Made by a program: the position numbers and the translations under genes
The notes under the pieces: generated by a model
What the model was told of the DNA's origin: nothing
Databases searched by the model: none
The model's input: only the letters and a program-made list of their open reading frames with translations
From: the human T2T-CHM13v2.0 reference genome, Homo sapiens
Length of the DNA: 64,000 nucleotides
Assembly (NCBI RefSeq): GCF_009914755.1
Contig: NC_060947.1
Reading direction: 5' to 3' (one strand)
Part shown: positions 38,790 to 54,778 of the stretch, one piece after another
How positions within the stretch are numbered: the stretch's first letter is position 1
Layout: every line of letters begins with the position of its first letter

Positions 38790-39700
38790 GGCAGGGAGGG
38801 GCGGCGGGGGCGCACTGAACATTTAGGAAGCAAGATGTCTAGCAGGCTGGGCCTTGAGAGAACAGTAACTGTTTCGCAACTGAAAGTCGCTACTCGAGCC
38901 TTGCCAACTGGGGAGACTATGCCCATGATATCCGCGGCCTCGGACCCCGGACCCTCCAGGCCCTCGCGCCCCACCCCCGACCAGCCTCGGGCCAGGCTAG
39001 GGCGTAGACGGGGCTTCCCGTCCCTCACGCGGGCCCGCCCCATGCCGGGCGGGGCCTGGGGCCCGCCGCCTCCGCCCGTGGCCGGAGAGCCCCAGGCCCG
39101 AGCCACGCGGTCTTCCGGGCCCGGGTCGGGGCTCAATGGCTACGTGGAGGCGGGACGGCCGACTGACAGGCGGCCAAAGGCTGCTGTGCGCTGGGCTGGC
39201 GGGGACGCTCAGCCTCAGCCTCACCGCGCCCCTGGAGCTCGCCACCGTGCTGGCCCAGGTTGGCGTCGTGCGAGGCCACGCCCGGGGACCGTGGGCCACA
39301 GGGCACCGGGTGTGGCGGGCAGAGGGGCTCCGGGCCCTGTGGAAGGGGAACGCGGTGGCGTGCCTGCGCCTCTTCCCCTGCAGCGCCGTGCAGCTCGCCG
39401 CCTACCGCAAGTAAGAGCCGGGCGGGGCCGGGGAACCGGGAGACCGGACGGGGGTGGGGTGGGGGAGCCGCGGCCCGACGCCGCCCTGCTGCCTGGACTC
39501 GGGGCCCTGGAGTAGGGACGGCCCCCTTGTCGATCACCTGGGGACCCCTCGGGGCGGTGGGCCACCTCTATGGCCCCCAGAGTGCAGCCCCAATGCTTTT
39601 CACGTTCTCTTGGGGTTACCGCCCTGCAAGATGCAGTTTTGTGGTCCGCAGCCCTGGTCCGAGAGGCTTTCCGGATTGGACCGGGCGAGGAGGTGGAATG
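38790..39700 (+). promoter_or_regulatory. SLC25A43: CpG-island promoter / first exon region of SLC25A43
   Basis: Abrupt GC- and CpG-rich unique segment with GC boxes (GGGGCGG ~38798, CCCGCCC ~39034, GGGCGGGG ~39047) and no obvious TATA box. The TSS cannot be placed from sequence. Confidence 0.85.
39136..39410 (+). CDS. SLC25A43: SLC25A43 coding exon 1 (mitochondrial carrier)
   Basis: MATWRRDGRLTGGQRLLCAGLAG...APLELATVLAQ...EGLRALWKGNAVACLRLFP; donor CAA|GTAAGA at 39410/39411; 275 nt, phase 2. Confidence 0.95.
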
Positions 39701-42700
39701 CAGCAAAGGATTTGGAGGAAAGGAATGAAAAGCTCTCCAGAGAGATGAGTCCTAACCATTTCCACCGTCCTCCAATTTGGAAACTTTTGCTTAGGCTGGC
39801 TTAGGAAGAGAGAGACCCTTTTAAAGGTGTTTTTGTCTGTGTGACCCAAGCCCCGAGAAGAAAGTGCTTGGTGTGGGGAAAGGACCCAATCCATCGATAC
39901 GAAAAGGCCGCAGATTTTTGCCCACACATCTCCCCAACTTAAATGAAGCTTGACTTCAGGCTCCGACAGAGGCTGCAGCTTCCCCTCCCCAAGCTGAGAA
40001 CGGCCCCCTCAGCCTACCGCTTCACCCCACTGGCCTCATTTATTTGGGCCTTTTCCACCTTCTCCCACATCAACAGCTGCTCCTTAGGAAAAGATCTAAA
40101 GGTGTAAATGCAGCCTTAAAGCTTCCACCGAGCTCAGAGGTACCTGCATTTGAACTGGAAACCAAGCCTGAAAGAATGAATTGGTAGTGATGGCATTTCA
40201 GGAAGCAGAGATGTTTCTGTATTGGGGGGACGGTCCCTGTGTTCCTCATTCAGTGGGCACAGTGGCATCTTTGATATCGCCTTGGCTCTGAATTAGACAA
40301 ACAGCCCACATTTGGGAGAGTCGGTCTTGACCGCATAGTTTAGTCTTGGCGGCTAATAGTCAAAGGATTTTGCCTTGACACTGTCACTCACCTGGGAGGC
40401 CAGAGGTGGAAGGCTCACCTGGCAGCCGACAAGCCGAACGGAATCATCCTTATTACCTAGGCCTCTAGGCCAGTACTCATTTTGCCTCTGCCTGGAAATA
40501 GAGTTCCCTTCTCTTCCTCTGCAGAGGGACTCATGGGTGGGACCATGACATTTAGTTAAGGCCCTTTTTCCTCCCCACCTCTGCTTGCCCTCATCAACAT
40601 CTGGCCTGCAGTCTGTAAACAGTTCTCCTCTGAGTCTTAATGACTCAGTTTCTCCCCCACTTCACCCTCTTCTCTACAAAGTAGTGTGGAAATCTTCCTT
40701 TGGATGGGATAAAATATGTCCAGAGGGGTGGGGGGCAGAACTTCAAAGGCTGGTTTAAGTATTGTGGCTCTTCTGCTAAGCACCTAGTATATGCACATTA
40801 GATTTTTTAAGCTCCTGCCTCCTGCCCTGTAAGGTCCATAGGACAGGAAGCATTGTGCCTGTTTTACAGATGCAGAATTGGGCTCAGAGTGATGACACCT
40901 CTTGTCAGTGACCGAGCTGAGCTCCACTACCTGGCCTTCTGACTCCAAATCTCATAGTCTTTCTGTTACATCATGCTGCCTCCCTGCATCCATTTGACAC
41001 TAATTTAGTTAGGCTACATTAAGTCCCCACTGTGTGCACGATGCTGAGGACAATGCCAGGATGGAAGGGGCATGGTCCCTGTGCCCCAGGAGCTTACAGA
41101 GTAATAGAAGAGTAAGACTAATATGTCCATGACCATAACACACAAGGTAGCATGTGATTGTCATGGATAATGTGCTCTAGAAATGTACCCTTCTGATGAG
41201 CGATGAGGAGGAGAAAATGTGAAGACTTCATAGAGGAGAAAAAAATTTGAGTTTGGCATTGGGAGAATGAGGAGTCTACTGGGCAGAGATGGAGAGAAAG
41301 ATACTGCAGTTGATGTCAGCAAATGCACAGAGGTGGGAAGGCAAGCAGCACAACAGGAAATCCAACCAGAAAAGCAGGTTGGAATGAGATATTAGAGGGT
41401 TGGATTAAGGGATTTGGACTTGACTTGGTATCCAAGGGTAGCTGTGGGAGGTTTTTGTGGGGGGTGGGGGGAGGTGTGTTGTGATTAAAGCAATTCAATG
41501 GAAATGATCGTCACATCGTGGCAGAGTAAGATGACTAGAGAGGAGGAAGAGTGGAGACAGCAGGGCCAGTTAGGAACCTGTTGCACTAGTCCACATAGCA
41601 GCTGAGGGCACCGGCAATAGGTGACCATGGGAGCAGAGAGGAGGAGATGTCTGGGAGAACGAGAACAGAGACTTACCTGGGCTAGGTTTGCTAGGAATTT
41701 TTTTTCCCCTACAGGATTATTTTCTTTCTGAAAACTAAAAGGAAGTATTTTGGTGAATGGCAAGGCATAGTTGGAAAGCAAAGTGTTTGATTAATCGCGA
41801 TGCCATCCTTCCTACATCAACATGATACTCTTGATTCATCATTATACTGATTCATTTCTACTCTTTTCTGACCATGAATTTGCAAAACAGTTGGCTGGGG
41901 GCCTGTGATCATGGGTTTGAACAAAACATAAACATCCAGAATGTTCAGGGAATGGGGTAGTTAAGTGACTTGTCCACAAATGCAATTAATGGAAGAGCTG
42001 GAACTTGAAGCCAAGTCTTCTGGCTCCTTAGTTCAGGTCTCTGTCTACCATTGCACAGCAGAAATATCTGCTTAGTTGGATTGACGATCAAGAGTCCACT
42101 CAGTAGTCTGTTGGGAGCTAGGTTATTGTAATGGGTGGCTTTCAGATGTATCAAATAGAAGACCCCCCCGCCCTGGAACTTCACAACCGCTTGTCTATCT
42201 TATCTAATAAACGTTAGTTTGGGTCCCTGCAGCTCTGAAATTGTTCATAACCAACACTATTTCTTTATTGAATAAGCACTTCATGAGCTTATGTTTGGCT
42301 GCACTGGCTGCCAACCTGTTAGGTTGAAGTATTGGCAGTTATAATTACACATATCCAGGGTGTGTGTTGTATCTGTGCTGGCTGAAAGGAAGGGGTTGCT
42401 GCAATTCACCAGTGTATCCAGTCTCACTGGAAAAAGCTTCTGTGCATGTATGTGTGGGGGTGGGAGGAAGAACAGAAAAGGGAACAGTGCCGCCCTAGCA
42501 AATCAAAAGTTTAAGATGCATGGACTGAGATGACATCATTGGCGGATTATCAGGGTTGCCTGCCCTGACTCTGAGATTCTAAGGGGAACAATTGATAGGA
42601 CTTATCTCTGTATCAGATGGGAGAAGTCTGCGAAAAAAGGACTTCCTATGGTTCTTCTTTTTAATTGTGTATATTTGATATTGAGACTCTATAAAAGAAA

Positions 42701-42983
42701 CTGATATAAAATACGGCTCCTCTTCCTAGTTCATCAAGTCATTCAGTGAATTAAGGGCCTGTTTCCTCTCCGCTTGCCCCTACCAGTCATTTCCTTGTCA
42801 GAAGTGTTGAACTCCCTTAGGCTCTATGCTGAGGACTAACACAGGGTCTGATACATTGTAGACCTTCAATAAATGAGTAGTGAATTAACTATGCCCTAGA
42901 AGTGACCAAGTGGGATGGGGAATAAGAGTGGGACAAGGAGAATGAATGGTATTTCTTTGGGCATTTCAAACTCCACCTTCTAG

Positions 42984-43256
<273 letters not shown>

Positions 43257-43452
43257 TGATCCACCTGCCTTGGCCTTCCAAAGTGCTGGGATTACAGGCG
43301 TGAGCCACCACGCCCAGCCCCAGTCAAAAATTTCTACTTCCTCTGTTTCCCCTGTCCTTTCTGAGGTCCCCCTCCAACTTGACTGGCCAGGGTATAGAAG
43401 AGGGAGGAACGAGGAAGTGGGCAGGCAGGCAGTACAACTGAGGCAGATAGTC

Positions 43453-44898
43453 TGTTGGTGAATGCCACCTGTTTGAGAAAAACCTCTGTCAAACTTGGTT
43501 TTTCCTCTGCTCTCACACCACAACAACAACCCTCAACACAGAAGACTTCTGTGACCAAATGAGTGTGGGGAACCCCACACTCTGATAAATGGACACCAAC
43601 TAGGTGTCCTCTGATTCAGTTCTGACACTGTCTACCTGGACATAATGTCAGACCAAGCCACAGGTTAAGGGCTTGGTCCCCAAGAATGGCCCCCAACCAG
43701 ACACTAGTCACAAGTCCAGGCCTCCAGAACTTTTTTTTTTTTTTTTTTTAAGACTGAGTCTCGCTCTGTGACCCGGGCTGGAGTGCAGTGCGTGATCTCG
43801 GCTCACTGCAACCTCTGCTTCCCGGATTCAAACTATTCTGCTGCCTCAGCCTCCTGAGTAACTGGGATTACAGGCGCCCGCCACCATGCCCAGCTAATTT
43901 TTGTAATTTTTTTACTAAAGAGAAGGTTTTGCCATGTTGGCCAGGCTGGTCTCGAACTCCTGACCTCAAGTGATCTGCCCGCCTCGGCCTCCCAAAGTGC
44001 TGGGATTACAGGCATGAGACGCCATGCCTAGCCAGGCCTCCAGAACTTCTGACCAACCAGCTTCAAGTTGGGGTTCCCACGACCCCCTCTTTGGGTTCGA
44101 TTAATTTGCTAGTGCGGCTCACAGAACTCAGGGAAATAGTTAATGTTTACCAGTTAACTACAGAGGATACCACAAAGGATACAGAGAAGAGATGGGCAGG
44201 GTGAGGTAAGGGGCAGGGGGTGTGGAGCTTCCATGCCCTCCCTGGGCACGCCACCCTTCAGGAACCTCCACATGTTCAGCCATCCAGAAGGTTCCCAAAC
44301 CCTGTCCTCTCGGGTTTTTATGGAAGATTTGTTACAGAGGCATGATTGACAACCATGTAGAAATGTGACTGGATGAAAAGCACATGATCTAAACCCAGCA
44401 AGGCCTGTCTGTTCAGACTTTTCTTGGCCTCTATGCAGCGTTCCTTTCTCTAGGGCAGAGGTGTCCAATCTTTTGGTTTCCCTGGGTCACACTGGAAGAA
44501 GAATTGTCGGGCCACACATAAAATACAATAACACTAACGATAGCTGATGAGCTAAAAAAAAAAAAATTGCAAAAAAATCTCATAATGTTTTAAGAAAGTT
44601 TGCAAATTGGTGTTGGGCCACATTCAAAGCCATCCCGGGCCACATGCGGCCTGTGGGCTGTGGGTTGGACAAGTTTGCTCTAGGGTATGGGGCAGGACCC
44701 TCTCTGGGATGAGGATCTTTTAACCCACAATCAGATTAGAGTCCTACCTTGGGCAGGTAAAAGGAGGGCAGGAGAAGGTCAAAGAGAGAAAGATTCTGTT
44801 TCCTGAGACCTAAAATGCCCCAACATTATAACAAGGACTAGGGAAGTTAGGAGCCAGGAACCATGGGTGAAAACCAATGTATGTATCATAGCACCACA
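43453..44898 (-). mobile_element. MER21A-like LTR interrupted by an Alu (43731-44033, -) and MER30
   Basis: 'cacagaagacttctgtgaccaaatg...ggacaccaactaggtgtcctctgattcagttctgacactgtctacctgga...cagaactcagggaaa'; Alu TSD around 'ggcctccagaactt'. Confidence 0.75.
44456..44677. mobile_element. MER30 hAT MITE
   Basis: 'cagaggtgtccaatcttttgg...ttggacaagtttg' with a perfect 8-bp TSD CTCTAGGG (44448-44455 / 44678-44685), typical of hAT elements. Confidence 0.9.
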
Positions 44899-45546
44899 TC
44901 ACCTTTACTTCCCTGTATGTTTAAAAGCAGCTGATTAACTCAAATGACTGTTTCAGTTAATGCGGCTAAGGTAGGTTGACAAAATGAAGTCAAGACTCCT
45001 ACAGCTTGAAGATGTTTTTAATCAGTGAGTGTTTACTTGAAAGCAAAAGAGCTAGCCTAGAACCCCTTAAATGCTTTCACCTGAATGCCCACTCTTATTT
45101 CTCATGCAGCAGCCCCTGGCCTATGGGCAACTGAAAGAACAGGAAATGCACCTCCTCACTGGAGGTTTGAAGGCTAAGGAACTGGGGATGCTCTCATTTT
45201 AAAAAGATAGGCCGGGCACAGTGGCTCACACCTGTAATCCCGGCACTTTGAGAGGCTGAGGCGGGCAGATCACTTGAGCCCAGGAGTTTGAGACCAGGCT
45301 AGCCAACATGGCGAAACCCTATCTCTACAAAAAAAAAAAAAAAAAAAAAAAAAAATAGCCAGGCATGGTGGCGCACATCTGTAGTTTCAGCTACTCAGGA
45401 GGCTGAGGTGGGAGGATCTCTTGAGCCTGGGAGGTGGATGTTGCAGTGAGCCCAGATCATGCCACTGTACTTCTGCGTGGGCGATAGAGTGGCCACCGCA
45501 CCCGGCCCAGAACTGGGCACTTTGGGAGGCCGAGCGGGGTGGATCA

Positions 45547-45783
<237 letters not shown>

Positions 45784-46193
45784 TTACTGAGATGCTCGAA
45801 GTTATCATTTGAAGAAATTTTGTTCCTTTTTAAGTTTCAACAGAACTGAAAGACTGCACTCCAGTTGGTATTTACCAGGTACTTCTGTGCATTTACACCC
45901 CACAGGCAAGCCAGTGTTGACAATTATGTAGATAAAAGTAGAAAATGCTTTAAGTGGGAAGGACTTGGGATAGATGTAAATTAAGAAAGTTAGGCATCTC
46001 TTATAGCCAACTAGCATCATATAAATATAGAAAAATGTAAATGTATTATTCATGAATGCTTATATAGTACTATAGTAACTTTTCACTTTGTAAAGTACTT
46101 TGAAATGCTGGAAAATATTTCAAGAACTAGTGGAGAGAACTCTAGCACAATCCATAGTTGATTTCTCTGGCCTTTCCCCCTATTTTCTCCCAG

Positions 46194-46435
46194 ATTTGTT
46201 GTGCTGTTCACAGATGACCTGGGCCACATTTCCCAGTGGAGCTCCATCATGGCTGGGAGTCTCGCAGGCATGGTTTCCACCATTGTAACATATCCTACAG
46301 ACCTCATCAAAACCCGGTTGATCATGCAGAACATACTGGAACCATCGTACAGGGGGCTCCTCCATGCTTTTTCTACTATTTACCAACAGGAAGGGTTCCT
46401 TGCCCTTTATCGAGGGGTTTCCCTCACTGTTGTAG
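46194..46435 (+). CDS. SLC25A43: SLC25A43 coding exon 2
   Basis: Polypyrimidine tract plus CAG acceptor; reads in frame with exon 1 (K-FVVLFTDD...YPTDLIKTRL...QEGFLALYRG); donor TAG|GTAAG; 242 nt. Confidence 0.95.
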
Positions 46436-48744
46436 GTAAGATGGACCTTTTCACCTTGTCCAAGAAAAGGCTATGTTCTCTGAAATTACAAATGTATTGT
46501 ATACCTTTGTGAGCCACTAAATCAGTTTTACTGAGATCAAGGTTATATGGATTCAACCTACATAGAGGCAATTAGCTTCATTCTATTCCATAGCCATACA
46601 CTCCACTCCTAAACTTTGGCCAGTTACATCCCCGGGAGGGGAGTAGACCAGAAAGTGGAGGTGACTCAGCAAACTGGTAAGAATGCAATTCTAACCACTC
46701 TCCATCTGACTGCAGAAGGAGTATTCAGTGTACATACACATTGATATGCCATGAGGGCAACTAGGGTAGCAACTGTGTCTTCTGGGGTCTTTGTAACCTT
46801 TGCCAGAGCTACACATTTATGGCCCAATTGCAAAATCCAGTAGACTTTTTCCCTTTATCTGAACTTGGTTGCAGCATTTGATAAGGTTGACCACCCCTTC
46901 TTCTGGAAACTTGGCTTCCAGGACCCCTCCAAGTCCTGGGTGTCTTCCCATCTCTCTGGCAGCTCTTTCTTATCTGACTTATCCGGCCCATCTGGGTCGT
47001 CTGATACTGCCAGCCCCTACATGTTGCTCTTCCCCTGGGCTCCTTCCTTAGCTTTCTTTTTACCCTCCCCTTTAGCTTGCTTCTCATCCTCCAAACCCTC
47101 CCTAGGTGGCCTCATCTATGCTAGTGGCTTAAGCAAGCGTCAGTGTATTCTGTGACCCTTATTCTCTACCTCTTTAGTAACAATGGCCAACTTTTGGGGG
47201 GAAGTACTTACCATGTTCTGGGTACTGGGCCAAATGCATTGCATGCGCTTTCTCATGAGGCCTTATTTTACAGATGAGGAGATAGATGCTTCAGGAAGCT
47301 AAGTGACTTGCCCAAGTCCACATAGATAGAAAGCAGGAGAAACTAGCAATAGAAATCCAGAGCCCTCTGTTAGCCCCTGACTGACACCAATTCCCAATGG
47401 TAGTATGAGTCCCTGCTGTTGGACACCTTCACCTCCATGCTCCCTAGGCACATCAAATTCAAGATTAACCCTGATGTCCTCGTTGGTCTCAAACTAGCTC
47501 TTCCTCCTGTGTTCCCTAATGAATGAGACTACCTTCCTTTCACCCCGTGGCCCAAGCCAGAAAAAAAAGCCTAGGGATCACTTCAACTTCTCCTCTCACT
47601 CCACCCCCACTTGAATCACCAAGTCCCGTCGATTTGACTCATCCTCTTTCCCACAGGTCCTTACAACTCAGACTCTCAGGGTCTCCCACAGACTCTGGCT
47701 CCTACCTGCTTCCACTCTTGGTATCTCCTGCCCCAGTCTTCCCCGTGCACTGCTGCCCGGCTGAGGTGATCTCTCCACGTGCAATTTCATCGTTTCACGG
47801 CCCTCATTTCACTGCTCTCCTTAAAAAGTATTCAGCGACTCCTGAGCTACAGGAGAAAGCCCAAATTCCTTAGGACATTCTAGATCCTTCAGACCTGGCC
47901 CCTGCCAGTTTGTCCTACCTCATCTCCTGCCATACCTCCACCTGCATTCATGCTCCAGCCCTTCAGAAAAACTTGGATTTCCTGGAAATACCACTCCCTT
48001 TATACATGCTATTCCCTTTGCCTTTCCACTCTGTCAAAGTCTGATGAACTCCTATTTATTCCTCAAGACCCAGTTCAAAAGTTCTCTCTTTCATCAAGTC
48101 CCTCCTGACTCCCCCAGGCAAAATTAATCCCTTTGATCCTTGTGTACCTAATGCATTTCATATAGCCCCCCTGTTGTGGCACACATCAGGGGTGTTATAC
48201 TGACTTTGCCCTGGCTGTCTGTTCTCCTCGATGATGAGCATCTCCAGAAATTAGCCCGCTCCTCTTTCGATTCCCAGCACCTGACATAGGGCCTGGCACA
48301 TAACCTAAGCTTTCCAGACATTTTCTGAATGAAGGTAAATGGAAGGTTGGTGAGCCAATTAAATAAACATTACATTTTTCTAAAGATAAGCAATTTCACT
48401 TGTATTATCCCCTATTTTAAATTTCATTTTGAGGGAGAAATTTAGTCCCTCTGTAAACTAAAGATGGCTCCTAAAGGTTCTGGAAGTTTGTGAAAGTGCC
48501 ACCTACTATATTACTTACTCACCATCTCAGTTCTTAGAAAGGTGAGGAAGCCACACAGTGTAGGGTGCCCACTGGGCCATGATATGACCATGTCATTCCC
48601 AAAGGTGAAGTCAGGTGACCTCCCTCACCATCGAGAGTCTCTCACTTTCCAGTTTTCATAAAATGTTTCCTTCTCAGCTAGAGATCAGTCCCTCCTGTCC
48701 TCCAAAACATAATGAGGTGCTGCCCACTGGCTTTTTTTACTTGA

Positions 48745-49116
<372 letters not shown>

Positions 49117-49368
49117 TAGTAGAGATGGAGTTTAGTAGAGACGAGGTCAGGCTGGTCTCGAACCCCTGACTTCAAGTGATCCGCCCACCTCGGCCTCCCA
49201 AAGTGCTGGGATTACAGGCGTGAGTTACTGTACTCAGCCAGCCCACCTTTTTTTTTTTTTTAATGATTTCAGTGTAACTTGCAAATATCAATACACTTCA
49301 CCCCTAAACCCTTCAACATGTGTGTCATTAACTAGAGTTCAATATTTGTGTATGGTTCTTTTTTTTGA

Positions 49369-49701
<333 letters not shown>

Positions 49702-49923
49702 TAGTGAACCATTTGATGCATTTTGACAAATGACACAACCCCTACCAAAATATAGCACATTATCGCACTCAAGAAAGTTCCCTCATGCTCCTTGGGTTGG
49801 AGGGATTTTAGCAACCCCAGAGCCCCTCCTGTTTTCTTTCCCCGGAATCCCCCCAGGAATTTATGTTCTCAAGCCAGTGTTTTCCCAAGACAGCAGCAGC
49901 TTCTCCCTGGCCTTGTTTTGCAG

Positions 49924-50096
49924 GTGCTCTCCCGTTCTCTGCTGGCTCCCTTCTTGTTTACATGAACCTGGAGAAAATCTGGAACGGACCCCGAGATCAG
50001 TTCTCTCTCCCACAGAACTTTGCTAATGTCTGTCTGGCTGCTGCAGTGACCCAGACCCTCTCCTTTCCCTTTGAGACCGTGAAGAGAAAGATGCAG
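49924..50096 (+). CDS. SLC25A43: SLC25A43 coding exon 3
   Basis: TTTTGCAG acceptor; in frame (GALPFSAG...FPFETVKRKMQ); donor CAG|GTGAG; 173 nt. Exons 1-3 total 690 nt = 230 codons with no stop, so the gene continues past the window. Confidence 0.95.
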
Positions 50097-50476
50097 GTGA
50101 GGAGTTATCAGAGTGGGGTAGGGGGTGGAATGCTTTGTAGTGTTTGTGGTCGGGTAATAACAGCAAAGAACACTGACCCCAAGTGATGCCAGGTTTCCAA
50201 GGAGCTTCTGACTGCTCACAAATACTGTGCAAACCCCCACTCTGTGGCATTTCTGCTGCTAACCTCAGAGCTGTTGGCTTGAGCCCCGGCTGCCTCCTCA
50301 TTCCCATCCTCTGTTTTTTGGTCTTTTAAGAAGCCTCCAGGCTAGGGGCGGTGATTCACGCCTGTAATCCCAGCACTTTGGGAGGGCGGAGGCGGGTGGA
50401 TCACTTGAGGTCAGGAGTCCAAGACCAGCCTGGCCAACATGGTGAAACCCCGCCTCTACTAAACAAACAAAAATTA

Positions 50477-50620
<144 letters not shown>

Positions 50621-50936
50621 TCAAAAAAAAGAAAGAAAAATAAGAAAGAAAGAAAAAAAAGAAGCCTCCAGATGAGGCTTCTCTTTTCTTTCCTGACTTC
50701 CTGATTATATCACTTGTGGCTCTCCTTCCTCCAAGACCAGCAGAGAGTAGAATATGAAATGCAGCCTGCTAATGCTCCCTGTCCTTGCTGCCTCCACAGC
50801 AAGGATGCCACTCTTGGTTTCCTCACTGTGCCTTACCTCAGTGAAGCAGACTGGATAGGACCAACATAAGCTAGGAACTGTAGCTAACAAGGGTCCAGCA
50901 TCCCTGACTCCCTCGCTGAGGAAGGAACTGCATTTA

Positions 50937-51232
<296 letters not shown>

Positions 51233-51484
51233 TCAAAAAAAAAAAAAAAAAATGAGGCGGCATCTTAGTGAGACCACTGAGGCAAAATCCTAGAATCAGA
51301 AGTTCCAAAGTGAGTAATTGTCTTAGCCTAGAATAAGCCAATTTTGATCAAAGAAAAATCAGACTAGTTCAAATAAGGTTGGGTGGGTAACAGTTATATC
51401 TGTACAGTGGGGGCAGGCCCAGAATCCTAGCAGGGCTGAGGTGCTGTATCTTCTCTTAGCCCTGCTCAGGCCCTTAAAATTCAA

Positions 51485-51625
51485 AAATAGCTAATGCATG
51501 CTGGACTTAATACCCAGGTGATGGGTTGATAGGTGCAGCAAACCACCATGGCACATGTTCACCTACGTAACAAACCTGCACATCCTGCACGTGTACCACA
51601 GAACTAAAAATAAAAATTTTTAAAA
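51485..51625 (+). mobile_element. Severely 5'-truncated L1PA 3' tip
   Basis: 'atagctaatgcatgctggacttaatacccaggtgatgggttgataggtgcagcaaaccaccatggcac' plus A-rich tail. Confidence 0.85.
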
Positions 51626-52126
51626 AAATTCCACTTCCATAGGCTAGGCTGTCTCCATGGCCTCTTCTGGGCAAACCCTGATTTATACAAGCAATATATT
51701 CCTGAAGAACTCTATAGAAATTAATTTGGGGTCAGCTGAATCCAAGTTTAAATGAGCAGTCCCAGCCAAGTTTGGTTTTCCCCTGTGACTCTAACTTGTC
51801 CTCGCTTGCTCAATGTCCCTCCCCGCTCCCGCTTTCCCTCTGTAGTAGTCCCGGCTGCCCTGGGCCATCGCTTACCTCAGCACTAAACAGCCTGAAGGTG
51901 CTTATCAAAGCTGCCACTCCACTCCCTGAAACTTCATCTGTCTGGGTTGCATTCCTTTCCTGTCCTTGTCCAAACAGATAATTGTCGCATCATTGTAATG
52001 GTAGTATAGGTGCAAAATTTTTCTATTCGTTGGTAAGAAGTCTTTATATATTAAAGATATTAACCCTTTGTCATACATTTCACACAATTTTTCCAGTTTG
52101 ACATTTGGTGTTTTTTTTTTTTTTGA

Positions 52127-52422
<296 letters not shown>

Positions 52423-52692
52423 TAGTGCTATTTATGTGTTGTTGGTGGTGGTGCTTTGTTGTACATATTTGTAGAATTTTATCTAATTATATCTATTACT
52501 TTTTTGTTTGTTTGTTTCTGACTTTGCTTTTCTGCTTAAATGTAAAGTCTGCTTAGTGCATGCTTATCTTTTTTTTTTAAGTATTTCTAATTTTAAAAAT
52601 AATGCACATTTGGAAGGCCAAGATGGGAGGATCACTTGAGCCCAGTAGTTTGAGACCAGCCTTAGCAACATAGCGAGACCTTGTCTCTACTA

Positions 52693-53022
<330 letters not shown>

Positions 53023-53220
53023 TTATAATGATTAATAGTTTTCCTTCTATGGACCTTCATATATATACATAAACACACTCACACACATATAAAGATATAT
53101 AAGGTTATTTCTTTTACAAAATTGTGTTCACACTGTATATAAAAATTAGTATCCTTAGGCCGGGCGCGGTGGCTCACGGCTGTAATCCCAGCACTTTGGG
53201 GGGCCGAGGCGGGTGGATCA

Positions 53221-53472
<252 letters not shown>

Positions 53473-54503
53473 TCACTTATTATATAATGGGTATTTCCCT
53501 GGGCCATTAAGTATTTAATTATCAAATAATATTCCACCATATGGATGTGCCAAAAATATGTAACAATTTCTCCTTTTTTTAATATTTAGGCTTTTTCTAA
53601 TTCTTGAGTTATACTAACATTGTAATGAAAACCTTTGCATTTTTTCATATCTGTGATGATATCCTTAGGCTATATTCCTAGAAATTGACTTATAGGTCAC
53701 AAAATATGAACAATTCTAAGACTCTTCATGAAATGTGCACTCCAGAAAGGTTGTAAGTTTGTAATTCCACCAGCACTAAAGCAGTGGCTCAGCTTCTAAA
53801 CTCTCAATATTCATTGATATTAATTATCAATATTAATTGTCACTTTTTAAATCATTATGAACCTAATAGCTGAAAAATAGTATCCCATCATTTTAATTTT
53901 AATTTGATTGATTATAAGCAAGGTTGCACTGGCCCTTTGTATTTCTTTGTAAGTTTTGTATTTATGTCCTTGCCCTATTTTTCTAGAATATTCAACTTTT
54001 TCTATTCATTGGTAAGAAGTCTTTATATATTAAAGATATTAACCCTTTGTCATACATTTCATATATTTTTCCCAGTTTGACATTTGGCTTCTAATGCTGT
54101 TTATGTGTTGGTGGTGGTGGTGGGTTTTTGTTTTGTTTTGTTTTTTTAGACAGGGTCTCGCTATGTCGCCCAGGCTGGAGTGCAGTAGCAGTTCAAGCAT
54201 TTCTCCTGCCTCAGCCTCCCAAGTAGCTGGGATTACAGGCACCTGCCACCACGCCTGGCTAATTTTTGTATTTTTGATAGAGACACGGTTTCAGCATGTT
54301 GGCCGGGCTGGAGTGGTGATGTTTTGTTGTACATATTTTTAGAATTTTATCTAATTATATCTATTAGTATTATCTTCTGTTTCTGACTTTGCTTTTGTGC
54401 TTAAAAGGCCTATTCTATCCCATGATCCTATGACTATTCACTTATATGTTATTTAAATACTTTTTTAGTTGTGATTTTTACACTTGGCTTCTTTTTTTTT
54501 TGA

Positions 54504-54778
<275 letters not shown>

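Noticed and set aside
38678-39804. Antisense and alternate-frame ORFs across the CpG island
   Set aside because: Expected from stop-codon scarcity in GC-rich DNA; only the ATG-39042 frame is kept as a candidate.
46201-46512. Stand-alone 103-aa ORF (and 49863-50186)
   Set aside because: These are SLC25A43 exons 2 and 3 read past their splice sites.
53813-53831. AT-rich palindrome ATTGATA-TTAAT-TATCAAT
   Set aside because: 7-bp arms in AT-rich L1M sequence are expected by chance.
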